A stretch of 64,000 nt of DNA from Arenicellales bacterium. Lineage in GTDB: Bacteria > Pseudomonadota > Gammaproteobacteria > Arenicellales > JBFEOO01. The stretch spans positions 14,017 through 78,016 of the forward strand of contig JBFEOO010000005.1 of NCBI GenBank assembly GCA_041550555.1. Direction: 5' to 3'. This document shows, in pieces, positions 55,621 through 64,000 of this stretch. The notes under the pieces were generated by a model, which saw only the letters and a list, made by a program, of their open reading frames with translations, was not told the origin of the DNA and did not search any database. Numbering within the stretch: the stretch's first letter is position 1; each line of letters opens with the position of its first letter. The translations under genes and the position numbers were made by a program.

Positions 55621-57015
55621 GTGCGTTTGGCAGATCTCGTCCGCAGCCGAAAGCGCCGGGTCGGCGGCCAGCCCGATTACCAACGGCTGCCCGCGCGTGT
55701 GCGCGAGCGCATTACCCGTCAGCAGCAGGACAGCGAGATCCTGATCGGCTGGATCCAGCTCGGCGTGCTGCTCACGTTCACCGCGCTCTATGCCGTCTCA
55801 CCGAAGACGTTTCCCGAGCAGGCCCGCTTCGAGCCGGTGCCGTGGGCGCTGGGCGCCTATTTCACCTTCACCATCGTACGGCTGGTGCTCGCCTATCGGC
55901 GCGCCCTGCCGTACTGGATGCTCGTTGTGTCGGTCATCGCCGACATGACCCTCTTGCTGGGCCTGATATGGAGCTTTCACTTGCAGTACGAGCAGCCGCC
56001 GGCGTTCTACCTCAAGGCTCCGACGTTGCTCTACGTGTTCATCTTCATCGCCCTTCGCGCGCTGCGCTTCGAGGTCGGCTTCGTCGTCCTGGCCGACATC
56101 GCCGCCTCGTTGGGATGGATGTTTCTCGCCCTGTATGCCATCGACTTCAGCGTCGAAGACATGCCGGTCACGCGCGACTACATCGAGTACATGACGTCGA
56201 GCAAGGTGCTGATCGGTGCAGAGTTCGACAAGATCATCTCCGTGCTGATGGTGACGGCCATCCTGGCCGTGGCCATCGCCCGCGCCCATCGCCTGCTGGT
56301 GCGGTCCGTGGTGGAGGCCTCCGCCGCGCACGACCTCTCCCGCTTCGTCCCCGATGAGATCGTCGAGCGAATTACCCGCGCCGACCAACCGGCGCAGGCC
56401 GGGCAGGGCGAGACCGGGGAAGCCACCATTCTGTTCGTCGATCTCGAGGGGTTCACCGCCATCGGCGAATCACTGACGCCGGAAGCGCTGGTCACCACCC
56501 TCAACGACTACTTCGCCGCCGTGGCCGAGCCCATCCGCCGCCACCACGGCGTCATCTGCCAGTTCCAGGGCGACGCCATACTCGCCAGCTTCAACATGCC
56601 GAAGCTGCAGCCCGATCACGCCGCTCACGCCATCGACACCGCCGTCGAGATACAGCGGCTGCTGGCGCGGCGTACGTTCGGTGAAGGCATTCGGCTCAAA
56701 GCGCGCGTCGGGATTGCCACGGGCGAGGTAGTGGGCGGTCTGGTCGGCACACCGGAGAGGCTGGGCTACACCGTGCACGGCGACGACGTCAACCTCGCGG
56801 CACGGCTCGAGAAGGCGAACAAAGAGCACGGCACCCGCGTGCTGATCTCGGAGCGCACTCAGGCGTTGGCCGCCTCGGAGCGCTTCTCGTTCCGCCCGAT
56901 CGGCACTCTCACGGTGCGCGGTCGCAGGGGACCCGTGGGCATCTACACGCTCGCTGCGGGGGACGAGAACGGGCCCGCGGGAGCAGCATCGCTCAACAAC
57001 GGCTCAGCCCGCTGA
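55621..57015 (+). CDS. membrane-bound class III adenylate/guanylate cyclase
   Basis: About 6 TM helices are followed by a catalytic domain (ATILFVDLEGFTAIGESL, FQGDAILASFN, GIATGEVVGGLVG, TVHGDDVNLAARLE). The GTG at 55621 is preceded by GAGGAGG, and the longest ORF begins at 55552. Confidence 0.85.
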   Translation: MRLADLVRSRKRRVGGQPDYQRLPARVRERITRQQQDSEILIGWIQLGVLLTFTALYAVSPKTFPEQARFEPVPWALGAYFTFTIVRLVLAYRRALPYWMLVVSVIADMTLLLGLIWSFHLQYEQPPAFYLKAPTLLYVFIFIALRALRFEVGFVVLADIAASLGWMFLALYAIDFSVEDMPVTRDYIEYMTSSKVLIGAEFDKIISVLMVTAILAVAIARAHRLLVRSVVEASAAHDLSRFVPDEIVERITRADQPAQAGQGETGEATILFVDLEGFTAIGESLTPEALVTTLNDYFAAVAEPIRRHHGVICQFQGDAILASFNMPKLQPDHAAHAIDTAVEIQRLLARRTFGEGIRLKARVGIATGEVVGGLVGTPERLGYTVHGDDVNLAARLEKANKEHGTRVLISERTQALAASERFSFRPIGTLTVRGRRGPVGIYTLAAGDENGPAGAASLNNGSAR

Positions 57016-57046
57016 CGCCATTCGTCTCCCCCGCCGGCGGGCTCCC

Positions 57047-57688
57047 TCAGACCACGTCTCGCAGACCTCGTAACGACGCCAGCAGTCGCGCGATGTTCTC
57101 TCGCGCCTGGGTTTCGTAGCGCCGATAGAAGACCTCCGTGGCGTAGATGCGGCTGCGCTCGAGCAGCGACTGCAGAAAGCGGCAGTGGTTCGACGCGAAC
57201 GCGCCGTCGGACAGATGCGGGTACTCCGCGCGCACCTTTTCGCTGTCGCGCTGGAAATCTGGCCAAGCGAGCCCAAAGCTCGCTAGATCCACGTCCGCGA
57301 CGTACCGCTCGTCATCGCTACGCGGTCGGCGGTTGCCGTGATCGGTGATCATGATGAGTCGCTGGACGTCGGCCACGAACTGCGGCGCCAGGTCGTCGTC
57401 GGCGTGGTCGCTGAACAGCTCGGCGCTGCGGTGCTCGTTGTCGCTCGCCTTGGGATCGTAGACGGCGTCGTGGTACCAGAGCGCCATCTCCGCGGCGTCG
57501 TCGTTGGGCACCGCGCCGCGCACGCGATCGAGCTCGGTCAGGCAATGCTCGATGTGCAGCGCGGTGTGGTAGCGACGATGGCCCTCGCCGTAGCGCTCGA
57601 CCAGCTCGCGAAACAGCGCCTGCGGTTCGCCACCGCCCTCGCCACGTCGGTGGCGTGTCCACAGCTCGACGAATCGCTCCCGAATCAT
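57047..57688 (-). CDS. HD-superfamily metal-dependent phosphohydrolase (COG4339-like)
   Basis: It contains YHTALHIEHCL and ALWYHDAVYDP (His/Asp metal ligands). The start is taken at MIRERF, and an upstream ATG at 57790 is possible. Confidence 0.65.
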   Translation of the reverse strand: MIRERFVELWTRHRRGEGGGEPQALFRELVERYGEGHRRYHTALHIEHCLTELDRVRGAVPNDDAAEMALWYHDAVYDPKASDNEHRSAELFSDHADDDLAPQFVADVQRLIMITDHGNRRPRSDDERYVADVDLASFGLAWPDFQRDSEKVRAEYPHLSDGAFASNHCRFLQSLLERSRIYATEVFYRRYETQARENIARLLASLRGLRDVV

Positions 57689-58106
57689 GCGCACGGCGGC
57701 CTCGGGAGCAGTGCCGCTCTGCCGCTCGTGGCGGGCATCCGCGCGGCCGTCTCCGTCACCCGCGACCGCTGCACGCTGCTGTTTCCGCACGAGCAGGCGC
57801 CCGCGGCGTGGCGCTGCGACACACCAGGCAGCGGGGCGTTCGTGCAGAGCGGGTCAGCGGCAAAGCGGGCACGAACGAGTCGTCAAGAAAACGAAGTCAG
57901 CACCGAACTCGAGCCGGAAATCGGTTGTGACCCCGTTTTGCCCAGCCTGCCGGTGCGGCGCGGCCGAGCGTTGTCGGCGGTGTCGAGTTCGACGCGGCAG
58001 TGTCCCCAGCCGAGAGATGACGTGCGCCGCGGCCGCACCGCAATGCGGGGCGCAATGGCCGGTGCCCACCCGTGAGTCCGGGATCCGGCCTCCCTTGCCG
58101 GGAAGA

Positions 58107-58577
58107 TCACTCGCCCTCGTAATGCTGCAGGCGGGACTGGAGCGCCTCGACCTGGGCGTGGGAGCGGGCAAGCTTGTCGCTCAGCTGGCGCATGACGTCG
58201 AGGGCGATATCGCCGTTCTCGGAGACCAGCTTGAGAAAGGCGTCATTCGAGATGCGCAGTGTCGTCACCTCACCTTTCGCCCGCAGCGTTGCCGATCGCG
58301 GTGCGTTGCTCAACACCGCCATCTCGCCGATCAGCTCATTGCGACCTCGCGTCACCACCGGCACCAGCTCACCGCCCTCGGCCTCGGCGAGAATCTCGAC
58401 CTCGCCGTCCATGATCACGTAGGCCGAATCGGAGGGATCGTTGACGTGGAACAGCACTTCGCCGTCCTGGAAGGTGACCGATTCGCTTGTAAAGGCAAGC
58501 AGCTTCAGCTTCGAAGCATCGAGCTTCGCGAACATCGGCACCTGTTTAAGCTGCTCAGCCTCTTGGAAGACGTCCAA
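58107..58577 (-). CDS. stand-alone cyclic-nucleotide-binding domain protein
   Basis: 156 aa. The CNB beta-barrel has the phosphate-binding cassette IGEMAVLSNAPRSATLRA, followed by a C-terminal helical tail. Confidence 0.85.
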   Translation of the reverse strand: MDVFQEAEQLKQVPMFAKLDASKLKLLAFTSESVTFQDGEVLFHVNDPSDSAYVIMDGEVEILAEAEGGELVPVVTRGRNELIGEMAVLSNAPRSATLRAKGEVTTLRISNDAFLKLVSENGDIALDVMRQLSDKLARSHAQVEALQSRLQHYEGE

Positions 58578-58770
58578 GCTTGACTACCTCCGCGTACCCC
58601 AACCGCGCCTGGGATATGCCGTCCAGCACATGGCGCATCGACTGCGGGCACCTCGATCGCCGCGCATCTCTCGAACCGGCGCGTCACGATAGACTCCCGC
58701 TACGCAAAAGAGTCGCACGCCGACGCCCCCAAATCAAGACCAGCCGCCGGGCGGCGTGCAGGCGCTGAAG

Positions 58771-59310
58771 CTAGGCGTCCCCCGGCTCGCCCGGTCGGGC
58801 CGGCAGGAAGCGCGCGCAGACGAAATCGGCAATTGCCGCGACGTCGTTGAGGTCGAGCTGGGGTACGCCGATTGCCTCCGCAAGCGGCCGGTCCGTGGCG
58901 ACGGCGATAATCGTGTCATCGTCCTCACAGAGCAGCGGCACGCCCGTGCGCGGCCGGTGCAGCTCGATCTTGGGTAGATCCGCGTCCTTGAAGCCCTCCA
59001 CCAGAATGAGATCGAGCGCGCCGTCGTCGAGCAGCGGAATCAGCTCGTCCACCCGAGGCTCATCACGCTCGGGCGTTTCCGCGATGTACGCCCAGCGCCG
59101 GCGCGACGCCACCACGATCCTGTCGGCGCCCGCCTTGCGGAGCTCAAAGCTGTCCTTGCCCGGGGTATCGATCTCGAACGTGTGATGGGCGTGCTTGATG
59201 AGACCCACCTGCAGCCCGCGTCCCTTGAGCAGCGGTATCAGCTTGCGCAGCAACGTGGTCTTGCCGGTGCCGCTGTAGGCGGCGAAGCCGACGACGGGGG
59301 TACGTGTCAC
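58771..59310 (-). CDS. mobB: molybdopterin-guanine dinucleotide biosynthesis adaptor protein
   Basis: It has the P-loop GFAAYSGTGKTTLL and LIKHAHH. The GTG start at 59310 overlaps the mobA stop (GTGA). Confidence 0.85.
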   Translation of the reverse strand: MTRTPVVGFAAYSGTGKTTLLRKLIPLLKGRGLQVGLIKHAHHTFEIDTPGKDSFELRKAGADRIVVASRRRWAYIAETPERDEPRVDELIPLLDDGALDLILVEGFKDADLPKIELHRPRTGVPLLCEDDDTIIAVATDRPLAEAIGVPQLDLNDVAAIADFVCARFLPARPGEPGDA

Positions 59311-59933
59311 CGGTCTGCCTCCGCCAGCCTCGACTCGACGGCCGCGCGATCCTCGGGGGTATTGACGTTGACAAAGGTCTCCGGATGGTCGGAGAAATCC
59401 ACCAGGCTGTGCGGGTGCCGCGCATACCAGCGATCGATCTTGCGCTCGCCGGACGCGAGCCACGCCCGCAGGTCCTCGAGCAGCTCCGTACGCAGCAGGC
59501 TGAACACCGGCTGCATCCGCTCGCCATCGTGGGCCACGGCGATCACGGCGTCGCGCCCCAGACCGGCGCACAGTCGCGCAACGAGGTCCCCGGGCAGCAG
59601 CGGCGAGTCGCACGGCACGGTCACCACCAGCGGCGTCCGCGCCGCCTGCAGGGCGCTGGCCATGCCCGCGAGCGGGCCATGATAGCCGGCCACGACGTCA
59701 CTCACCACCGGGTAACCGAGCGCAGCGTAGCGGGGAAGGTTGCGGTTCGCGTTGATCAGCACGGCGCTCACCTGGGGCGCGAGCCGCTCCGCCACCCGAC
59801 GCACCATGGGCGCCCCGCCGACCTCGATCAGCCCCTTGTCGCGTCCACCCATGCGCCGCGCGCGTCCCCCGGCGAGTATCACGCCGGTCACGCGCGTGGC
59901 GCAGCGCGGCAGCGTTGGCTGGTCAGTGTCCAC
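59307..59933 (-). CDS. mobA: molybdenum cofactor guanylyltransferase
   Basis: 208 aa with GVILAGGRARRMGGRDKGL and PCDSPLLP. Confidence 0.9.
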   Translation of the reverse strand: MDTDQPTLPRCATRVTGVILAGGRARRMGGRDKGLIEVGGAPMVRRVAERLAPQVSAVLINANRNLPRYAALGYPVVSDVVAGYHGPLAGMASALQAARTPLVVTVPCDSPLLPGDLVARLCAGLGRDAVIAVAHDGERMQPVFSLLRTELLEDLRAWLASGERKIDRWYARHPHSLVDFSDHPETFVNVNTPEDRAAVESRLAEADR

Positions 59934-59960
59934 GGAGCCCGCCTCGAGCCGTCCCGGTCG

Positions 59961-60341
59961 TCAGTCGCCGCTGCACTCCGCGACCGCGGTCAGCTGCAGG
60001 CCGCCGCGAACATTCTGCGTCAGTGTCACCCTGCAGTGATGCGGGGACAGCGCCTTGAACACATCGCGGGCGATAGTGTCGGCGAGCTGCTCGGCGAACA
60101 TGCGCTGCTCCCGAAAGGTCCACAGGTACAGCTTGAGACTCTTGCCCTCCAGACACAGCGTGCGCGGCCGGTACTCGATGAGCACGGTGGCGAAATCCGG
60201 CTGCCCCGTCACCGGACACAGGCTGGTCAGCTCGGCGCTCTGGAAGCTGACCGAGGTGACGTGGGGCGGCCGGGCGAAGGTGTCCAGCTCCGCACTCGGG
60301 CCCTGGGCCGGCCGCCCTAGATGTCTGAATTCGCTATCCAT
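59961..60341 (-). CDS. queF: NADPH-dependent 7-cyano-7-deazaguanine reductase (unimodular type)
   Basis: 126 aa from the ATG at 60341. The catalytic Cys lies in SLCPVTGQPDF, and the QueF motif is EGKSLKLYLWTFR. Confidence 0.9.
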   Translation of the reverse strand: MDSEFRHLGRPAQGPSAELDTFARPPHVTSVSFQSAELTSLCPVTGQPDFATVLIEYRPRTLCLEGKSLKLYLWTFREQRMFAEQLADTIARDVFKALSPHHCRVTLTQNVRGGLQLTAVAECSGD

Positions 60342-60703
60342 CGCGCTGCTCTCAATGGAAGATCGGGAGCGGGTGTACGCGAGCGTCGGCTGCGCTGCGC
60401 CCCGCGCTGGGGCGCATTCGATACATCCGCCGCCGGCGCTGCACCCCCCGGCAATGTTACCACTGCGGGCCCGGCACCGGGTCGCGGCGACACCGCTACC
60501 CCCCGGCGGAGGAGCGGATTTTGTATAATCCCCGCCCGTGCCCGGCGCGGCCCAGGGCCGCATGGATTCGAGGGAACGCGTAACGAGGGTGTGGAATTGA
60601 CCGCAGATCCGCAGTGCGCCGACCGTCGAGCCGGGTCGTCAGCTTGCACGCGACCGAACCGTGCTTTGCCACACGCGTCCACCGCCCCAGAGGTTCGACG
60701 AAC

Positions 60704-61840
60704 ATGAAACGCAGTATCCGAGTTCGGTGCTCCACGCGCTACGGGCCGGCGCTCGCCGCGTGGGCACTGGCGCTTGGCCTCGTCGGCTGTAACACCAACG
60801 CGCCCTCCTACAAGGGGGCCAGCGTCAGCCGCCCGCTCGAAGTGCCACCCGACCTGACCGGCGTACGTTCGAGCGAGAGCATGAGCATTCCCGGCAGCGA
60901 GCCCACACCAAGCAGCTCGAAGGAGCTCGAAGAGTTCGAAAAGTTCCGCAAGTTCGAGGAATGGGCGGAGTTCGAGGAGTTCCTCGCCTGGCGGCAGCAG
61001 CGCGGCGGTAGCGACGCCGGTGACTTCGAGGCATTCCGCGCCGCCAAGTACGGAACCACGTCGTCGCTGGCCGGTCGCGTGATGATGGAGCCCAGCGGCA
61101 CGGGCTACCAGCGGCTGCGCGTGTACGGTGATCTCGAGCCGACGTGGAACAACGTCGGGGAGTCGTTCGCGCGCATGGAGGTGCGCGTCAAGAAGACCAA
61201 GAAAGACGACGGCTACTATCTCATCGAGGATACCCGACCGGAGCAGGCACGCCGAAGCGGCTTGGCGTTCTGGAAAAAATCGGGCGAGCAGTACCGGGTC
61301 GCGCTCGCCGACGAGGGCAGCAGCGTCGTCGTCACGGTGCGCGACAGGAAGGGCGGCGTCATCGCCAACGAGGCTGCCAACGGCATCCTCAACCAGCTCT
61401 ATGGCGAGCTCGAATCGTATGCGCGCCTCGCCGGGCCACTCGAGCCCGTGCCGGGGCCTGCGGCCGCGCGTCAGGACGCGCGCCTCGAGCAGACCGGCGA
61501 CGGCCACATGGTGATGATGCTGTCCGACGACTTCCCGCGGGCGTGGCGGCGGGTGGGTGTGACCTTGGCCCGCGTCGGTTTCACCGTCGAGGACCGCGAC
61601 CGCAACGACGGTGTCTACGTCGTGCGCTACGTCGAGGACGTCGAGCGCAAGAAGCAGGGCCTCGGCAAGCTTGCTTTCTGGAAGCAGGGCAAGATCGATA
61701 TGGGCGACACCCTCTACCACGTCAAGGTCGCCACGGAAACGGACGAGACGGCGGTGCGGGTCCAGGACGCGGCGGGCCAGGCGAGCGACACCGGCGACCG
61801 CATACTGGCGCTGCTCTACGAGGTGATCGCGCCGCAGTAG
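60704..61840 (+). CDS. bamC: outer-membrane protein assembly factor BamC (lipoprotein)
   Basis: The lipobox is LGLVGC. The conserved LEVPPDLT follows shortly after the lipid-modified Cys, and two helix-grip-like C-terminal domains are present. The start is taken at MKRSIR. Confidence 0.8.
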   Translation: MKRSIRVRCSTRYGPALAAWALALGLVGCNTNAPSYKGASVSRPLEVPPDLTGVRSSESMSIPGSEPTPSSSKELEEFEKFRKFEEWAEFEEFLAWRQQRGGSDAGDFEAFRAAKYGTTSSLAGRVMMEPSGTGYQRLRVYGDLEPTWNNVGESFARMEVRVKKTKKDDGYYLIEDTRPEQARRSGLAFWKKSGEQYRVALADEGSSVVVTVRDRKGGVIANEAANGILNQLYGELESYARLAGPLEPVPGPAAARQDARLEQTGDGHMVMMLSDDFPRAWRRVGVTLARVGFTVEDRDRNDGVYVVRYVEDVERKKQGLGKLAFWKQGKIDMGDTLYHVKVATETDETAVRVQDAAGQASDTGDRILALLYEVIAPQ

Positions 61841-61991
61841 CAGCCGCCCCAGCGAGACACCACAGCGGCGGCGCGTCGCAGCACGAGCGGCGCCGCCGCA
61901 GCAGATCCACGAGCATCGCGCCCGAAGGCAGCGTGAAGCGCGGGCACCGACGCCCGCAACGCTTTCGCCGTGATCGTCCGTGCCGGACGGG

Positions 61992-62348
61992 CTACTCGGG
62001 AGCGGTGGTCGGCGCGTTGCCGGCGGCTGCGCCGCTCGCCCCCTGCTCGCGCTTCCACTCCTGGTAGTCGCGGAAGTCCTGCCAGGCCTTCCAGTCGAGA
62101 TACTCCTGGTACTCGGGATCGTCGACGGTGGTGGCGCGCTCGGGGACGTCCTCGCGGGGCGAGCGTCCGAAGAAGGGACCGAGCTGGAAGCCAGGTGGAT
62201 CGGCAGTCTTCTCGTAGTCCGCCCACCACTCTTCGTTCGTCTCGGGAACGGCATCGGGCTTGAACAACCCGCAGCCCGACAGCCCGAGCGCAGCCACCGC
62301 CGGCACCAGCATAGCGCGCCGAAAGCGATCCAATCGGGCAAGCATCAT
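61992..62348 (-). CDS. small acidic/aromatic-rich lipoprotein, unknown function
   Basis: 118 aa with signal peptide and lipobox AALGLSGC. I recognise no family for it. It is convergent with bamC. Confidence 0.6.
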   Translation of the reverse strand: MMLARLDRFRRAMLVPAVAALGLSGCGLFKPDAVPETNEEWWADYEKTADPPGFQLGPFFGRSPREDVPERATTVDDPEYQEYLDWKAWQDFRDYQEWKREQGASGAAAGNAPTTAPE

Positions 62349-62740
62349 GTCATGTAGGTTCCCGCGCAGGGACGTCTGGAGTCGGCCGTGCTATATACCA
62401 CGACCCGCGCGGGTCCTCAACGCAGCCGCCCCCGGCCACCCCCAGCAGCGAAAGCAGCGGTCGTGGCTGCGGCTGCGCGTTCTTCGCCGGCACCTGTCGG
62501 CTTCGGCGCGCGCTGCGCCCGGCCCCGCGGGACACTCCGGCGGGGGGCGGCCGCACGCGGCGACGTCGGCGCCTGGCCTTTTGTTGCATATTTACAACAC
62601 TCGTCAGTCTCAAACGTGATATGTCCGCCAATGTTGTGGTTTTTGTGACAAACGGGTGTTGCATTTTCGCCAACGAACGGTCAGACTACGCGACGCTCGT
62701 ATACGTGTGAAGTCATGACTCTCTCAAGGAGAACACTGCA

Positions 62741-63712
62741 ATGAACAAGAAATTGCTCGCGGTGGCCGTGGCCGGCACGCTGGTGCCCATCGGCTCCCAA
62801 TCGATCGTGTCCGCGCAGGAAGAGGCCGTGCCGAACGTGAGTGTCTACGGCTTGGTGCGCTTCAGCCTCAACTTCAATGACGACGGCGTCGACAACCGGA
62901 CCAATCTATCGGATGAGGGCACGCGTTTCGGTTTTAAAGCGGACGTCGACGTCGGCAACGGCCGCTCGGTGTTCGGCCGCTGGGAGCTCGGCATCGACAC
63001 GGATCAGGGGGCCAACCAAGCCACGCGTTTGGCGTACGTCGGTATCGCCGGGCCGTTCGGCTCGATTTCCGGGGGCTCGCAGTCGGATGCCTTCGACAAC
63101 AACGTCGGCGCCCACTTCCTGCCCTGGAACGCGTCGACGTCCAACGCTTACGCGGCTGCCAACGACGGCGGCACCAGCCGTTTCGCGCGCATGATCAAGT
63201 ACGCCAACGACTGGGGCGGCTTGCATGTCGAGCTCGATGCGCAGTTCGACGGGAGTGTAGACGCCTCGGAGAGCGGCGCCGATCACTGGGCCGCCGCCGC
63301 CACCTACAATGCCGAGAACTGGCTGATCGGCGGCGGCTTCAAGCAGCGCAAGGAAGGCGGCGTGACACCGTCGGACGACCGCGACACGTGGGGTGCGGCA
63401 TTCCAGTTCCGTCCCGCGGACTGGCGGTTGGCCATCGGCTACAACCAGGAAGACGACGGCAGCTCCGACGACATCCAGGCGGTCACTCTGCTGGCCGGAA
63501 CGCGCAAGGGGCCGCACCAGTTCGATGTCGGTTGGGACTACAGCAAGGACGACGACGACCCCGCCGTCGACAAGCGCAACACCTACAACGTCGAGTACGA
63601 CTACCACTTCAACCGCAACGCGCGTCTTTACTTCGCGGCGGTGTACGCGGATCCGGACTCGGGCGATGCGACCTGGAACATCTGGGCGCCCGGTTTGCGT
63701 ATCGACTTCTGA
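62741..63712 (+). CDS. outer-membrane porin (general Gram-negative porin family)
   Basis: It has a signal peptide ending SAQ and alternating beta-strand patterns. The first strand is VSVYGLVRFSL. The C-terminus ends in Phe (LRIDF). AAGGAG precedes the ATG. Confidence 0.85.
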   Translation: MNKKLLAVAVAGTLVPIGSQSIVSAQEEAVPNVSVYGLVRFSLNFNDDGVDNRTNLSDEGTRFGFKADVDVGNGRSVFGRWELGIDTDQGANQATRLAYVGIAGPFGSISGGSQSDAFDNNVGAHFLPWNASTSNAYAAANDGGTSRFARMIKYANDWGGLHVELDAQFDGSVDASESGADHWAAAATYNAENWLIGGGFKQRKEGGVTPSDDRDTWGAAFQFRPADWRLAIGYNQEDDGSSDDIQAVTLLAGTRKGPHQFDVGWDYSKDDDDPAVDKRNTYNVEYDYHFNRNARLYFAAVYADPDSGDATWNIWAPGLRIDF

Positions 63713-63736
63713 GGCGGTTCCAGCAAGGCACTTCCC

Positions 63737-63766
63737 GAAGGGCGCCCACGGGCGCCCTTCGTTTTT
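63737..63766 (+). terminator. Rho-independent terminator after the porin gene
   Basis: GAAGGGCGCC (63737-63746) pairs with GGCGCCCTTC (63751-63760) across the loop CACG. This is followed by GTTTTT. Confidence 0.85.
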
Positions 63767-63770
63767 GCGC

Positions 63771-64000
63771 TCACGGCGCGCCCAGCGCCTCCCGCAGCGG
63801 CTGCAGGTGGCGCTCGTAGTGCCGCCACCGCGCCAGCGCGCGTCGATACACGGGCTCCCGCACCTGCCACATGCTGGCCGTGCGCACCACGCGGCGGCTG
63901 CGCTCGAACGCGAGGCAGGCGTCGTCCCAGGGCAGCTCCAGGTAATCGATCAGCGCGCGCGCCTGGCGCTCGGTGTCCGCCACCACGTCTTCGTAAACCA
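63771..64000 (-). CDS. sulfotransferase-family protein, C-terminal fragment (gene continues beyond the window)
   Basis: The C-terminal sequence RVVRTASMWQVREPVYRRALARWRHYERHL resembles the conserved tail of bacterial sulfotransferase-family proteins. The reading frame stays open to the window edge. Confidence 0.55.
   Translation of the reverse strand, partial: VYEDVVADTERQARALIDYLELPWDDACLAFERSRRVVRTASMWQVREPVYRRALARWRHYERHLQPLREALGAP

Noticed and set aside
55621-58577. Reading the cyclase plus CNB protein as a Pycsar/CBASS-type anti-phage system
   Set aside because: The cyclase is an ordinary membrane-anchored class III enzyme. The CNB protein has no TIR, TM or other effector domain. The two genes are on opposite strands and are separated by an HD gene. 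The arrangement does not fit known cyclic-nucleotide defence architectures.
60342-60703. preQ1 riboswitch in the queF leader, and a TATAAT box at 60524-60529
   Set aside because: No small hairpin followed by an A-rich tail with a CUA element is present on the minus strand. Only a GC-rich 8-bp hairpin (60396-60416) is seen. The perfect TATAAT is striking in this GC context, but it lacks a recognisable -35 and lies about 175 nt from either start codon, so I do not call a promoter.
1-64000. Mobile elements, CRISPR arrays, tRNA/rRNA genes and prophage remnants
   Set aside because: I found no integrase, transposase or recombinase motifs. There is no array of regularly spaced direct repeats, no tRNA-like T-arm (GGTTCGAATCC-type) sequences and no rRNA-like segments. 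No long terminal inverted or direct repeats flank the OLD-like gene or the glycosyltransferase cluster.

Overview
This is a visibly GC-rich window (I did not compute the value) that reads as proteobacterial chromosome. BamC with the LEVPPDL motif, a trimeric-type porin and lipobox lipoproteins suggest a gamma- or betaproteobacterium. It is densely coding, and I support about 55 protein genes. I found no rRNA, tRNA, CRISPR array, integrase or transposase. Roughly the first 35 kb is dominated by one-carbon and methyl-group metabolism: a corrinoid-dependent methyl-transfer/MetFV module next to an Fbp/PhnS2-type ABC importer, folD, serC-serA, a second metF-like gene, and a PotABCD-like importer followed by glyA-soxBDAG. 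The second half holds a PAS-GGDEF-EAL protein, a YejABEF-like peptide importer, a glycosyltransferase/phosphatase cluster with an unusual ABC-exporter-like protein, a cyclic-nucleotide trio, mobAB, queF, bamC and a porin. The items most worth follow-up are: (1) a solitary OLD/PARIS-like ABC-ATPase plus degenerate Toprim gene inserted among housekeeping C1 genes; (2) the corrinoid module, which lacks any recognisable substrate:corrinoid methyltransferase; (3) the 891-aa ABC-like protein, whose nucleotide-binding domain is degenerate at every catalytic motif and carries a roughly 290-aa insertion; (4) an (aromatic-x-x)x7 motif shared by BamC and a convergent lipoprotein. All functional calls rest on motif recognition by eye and none has been confirmed by a database search.
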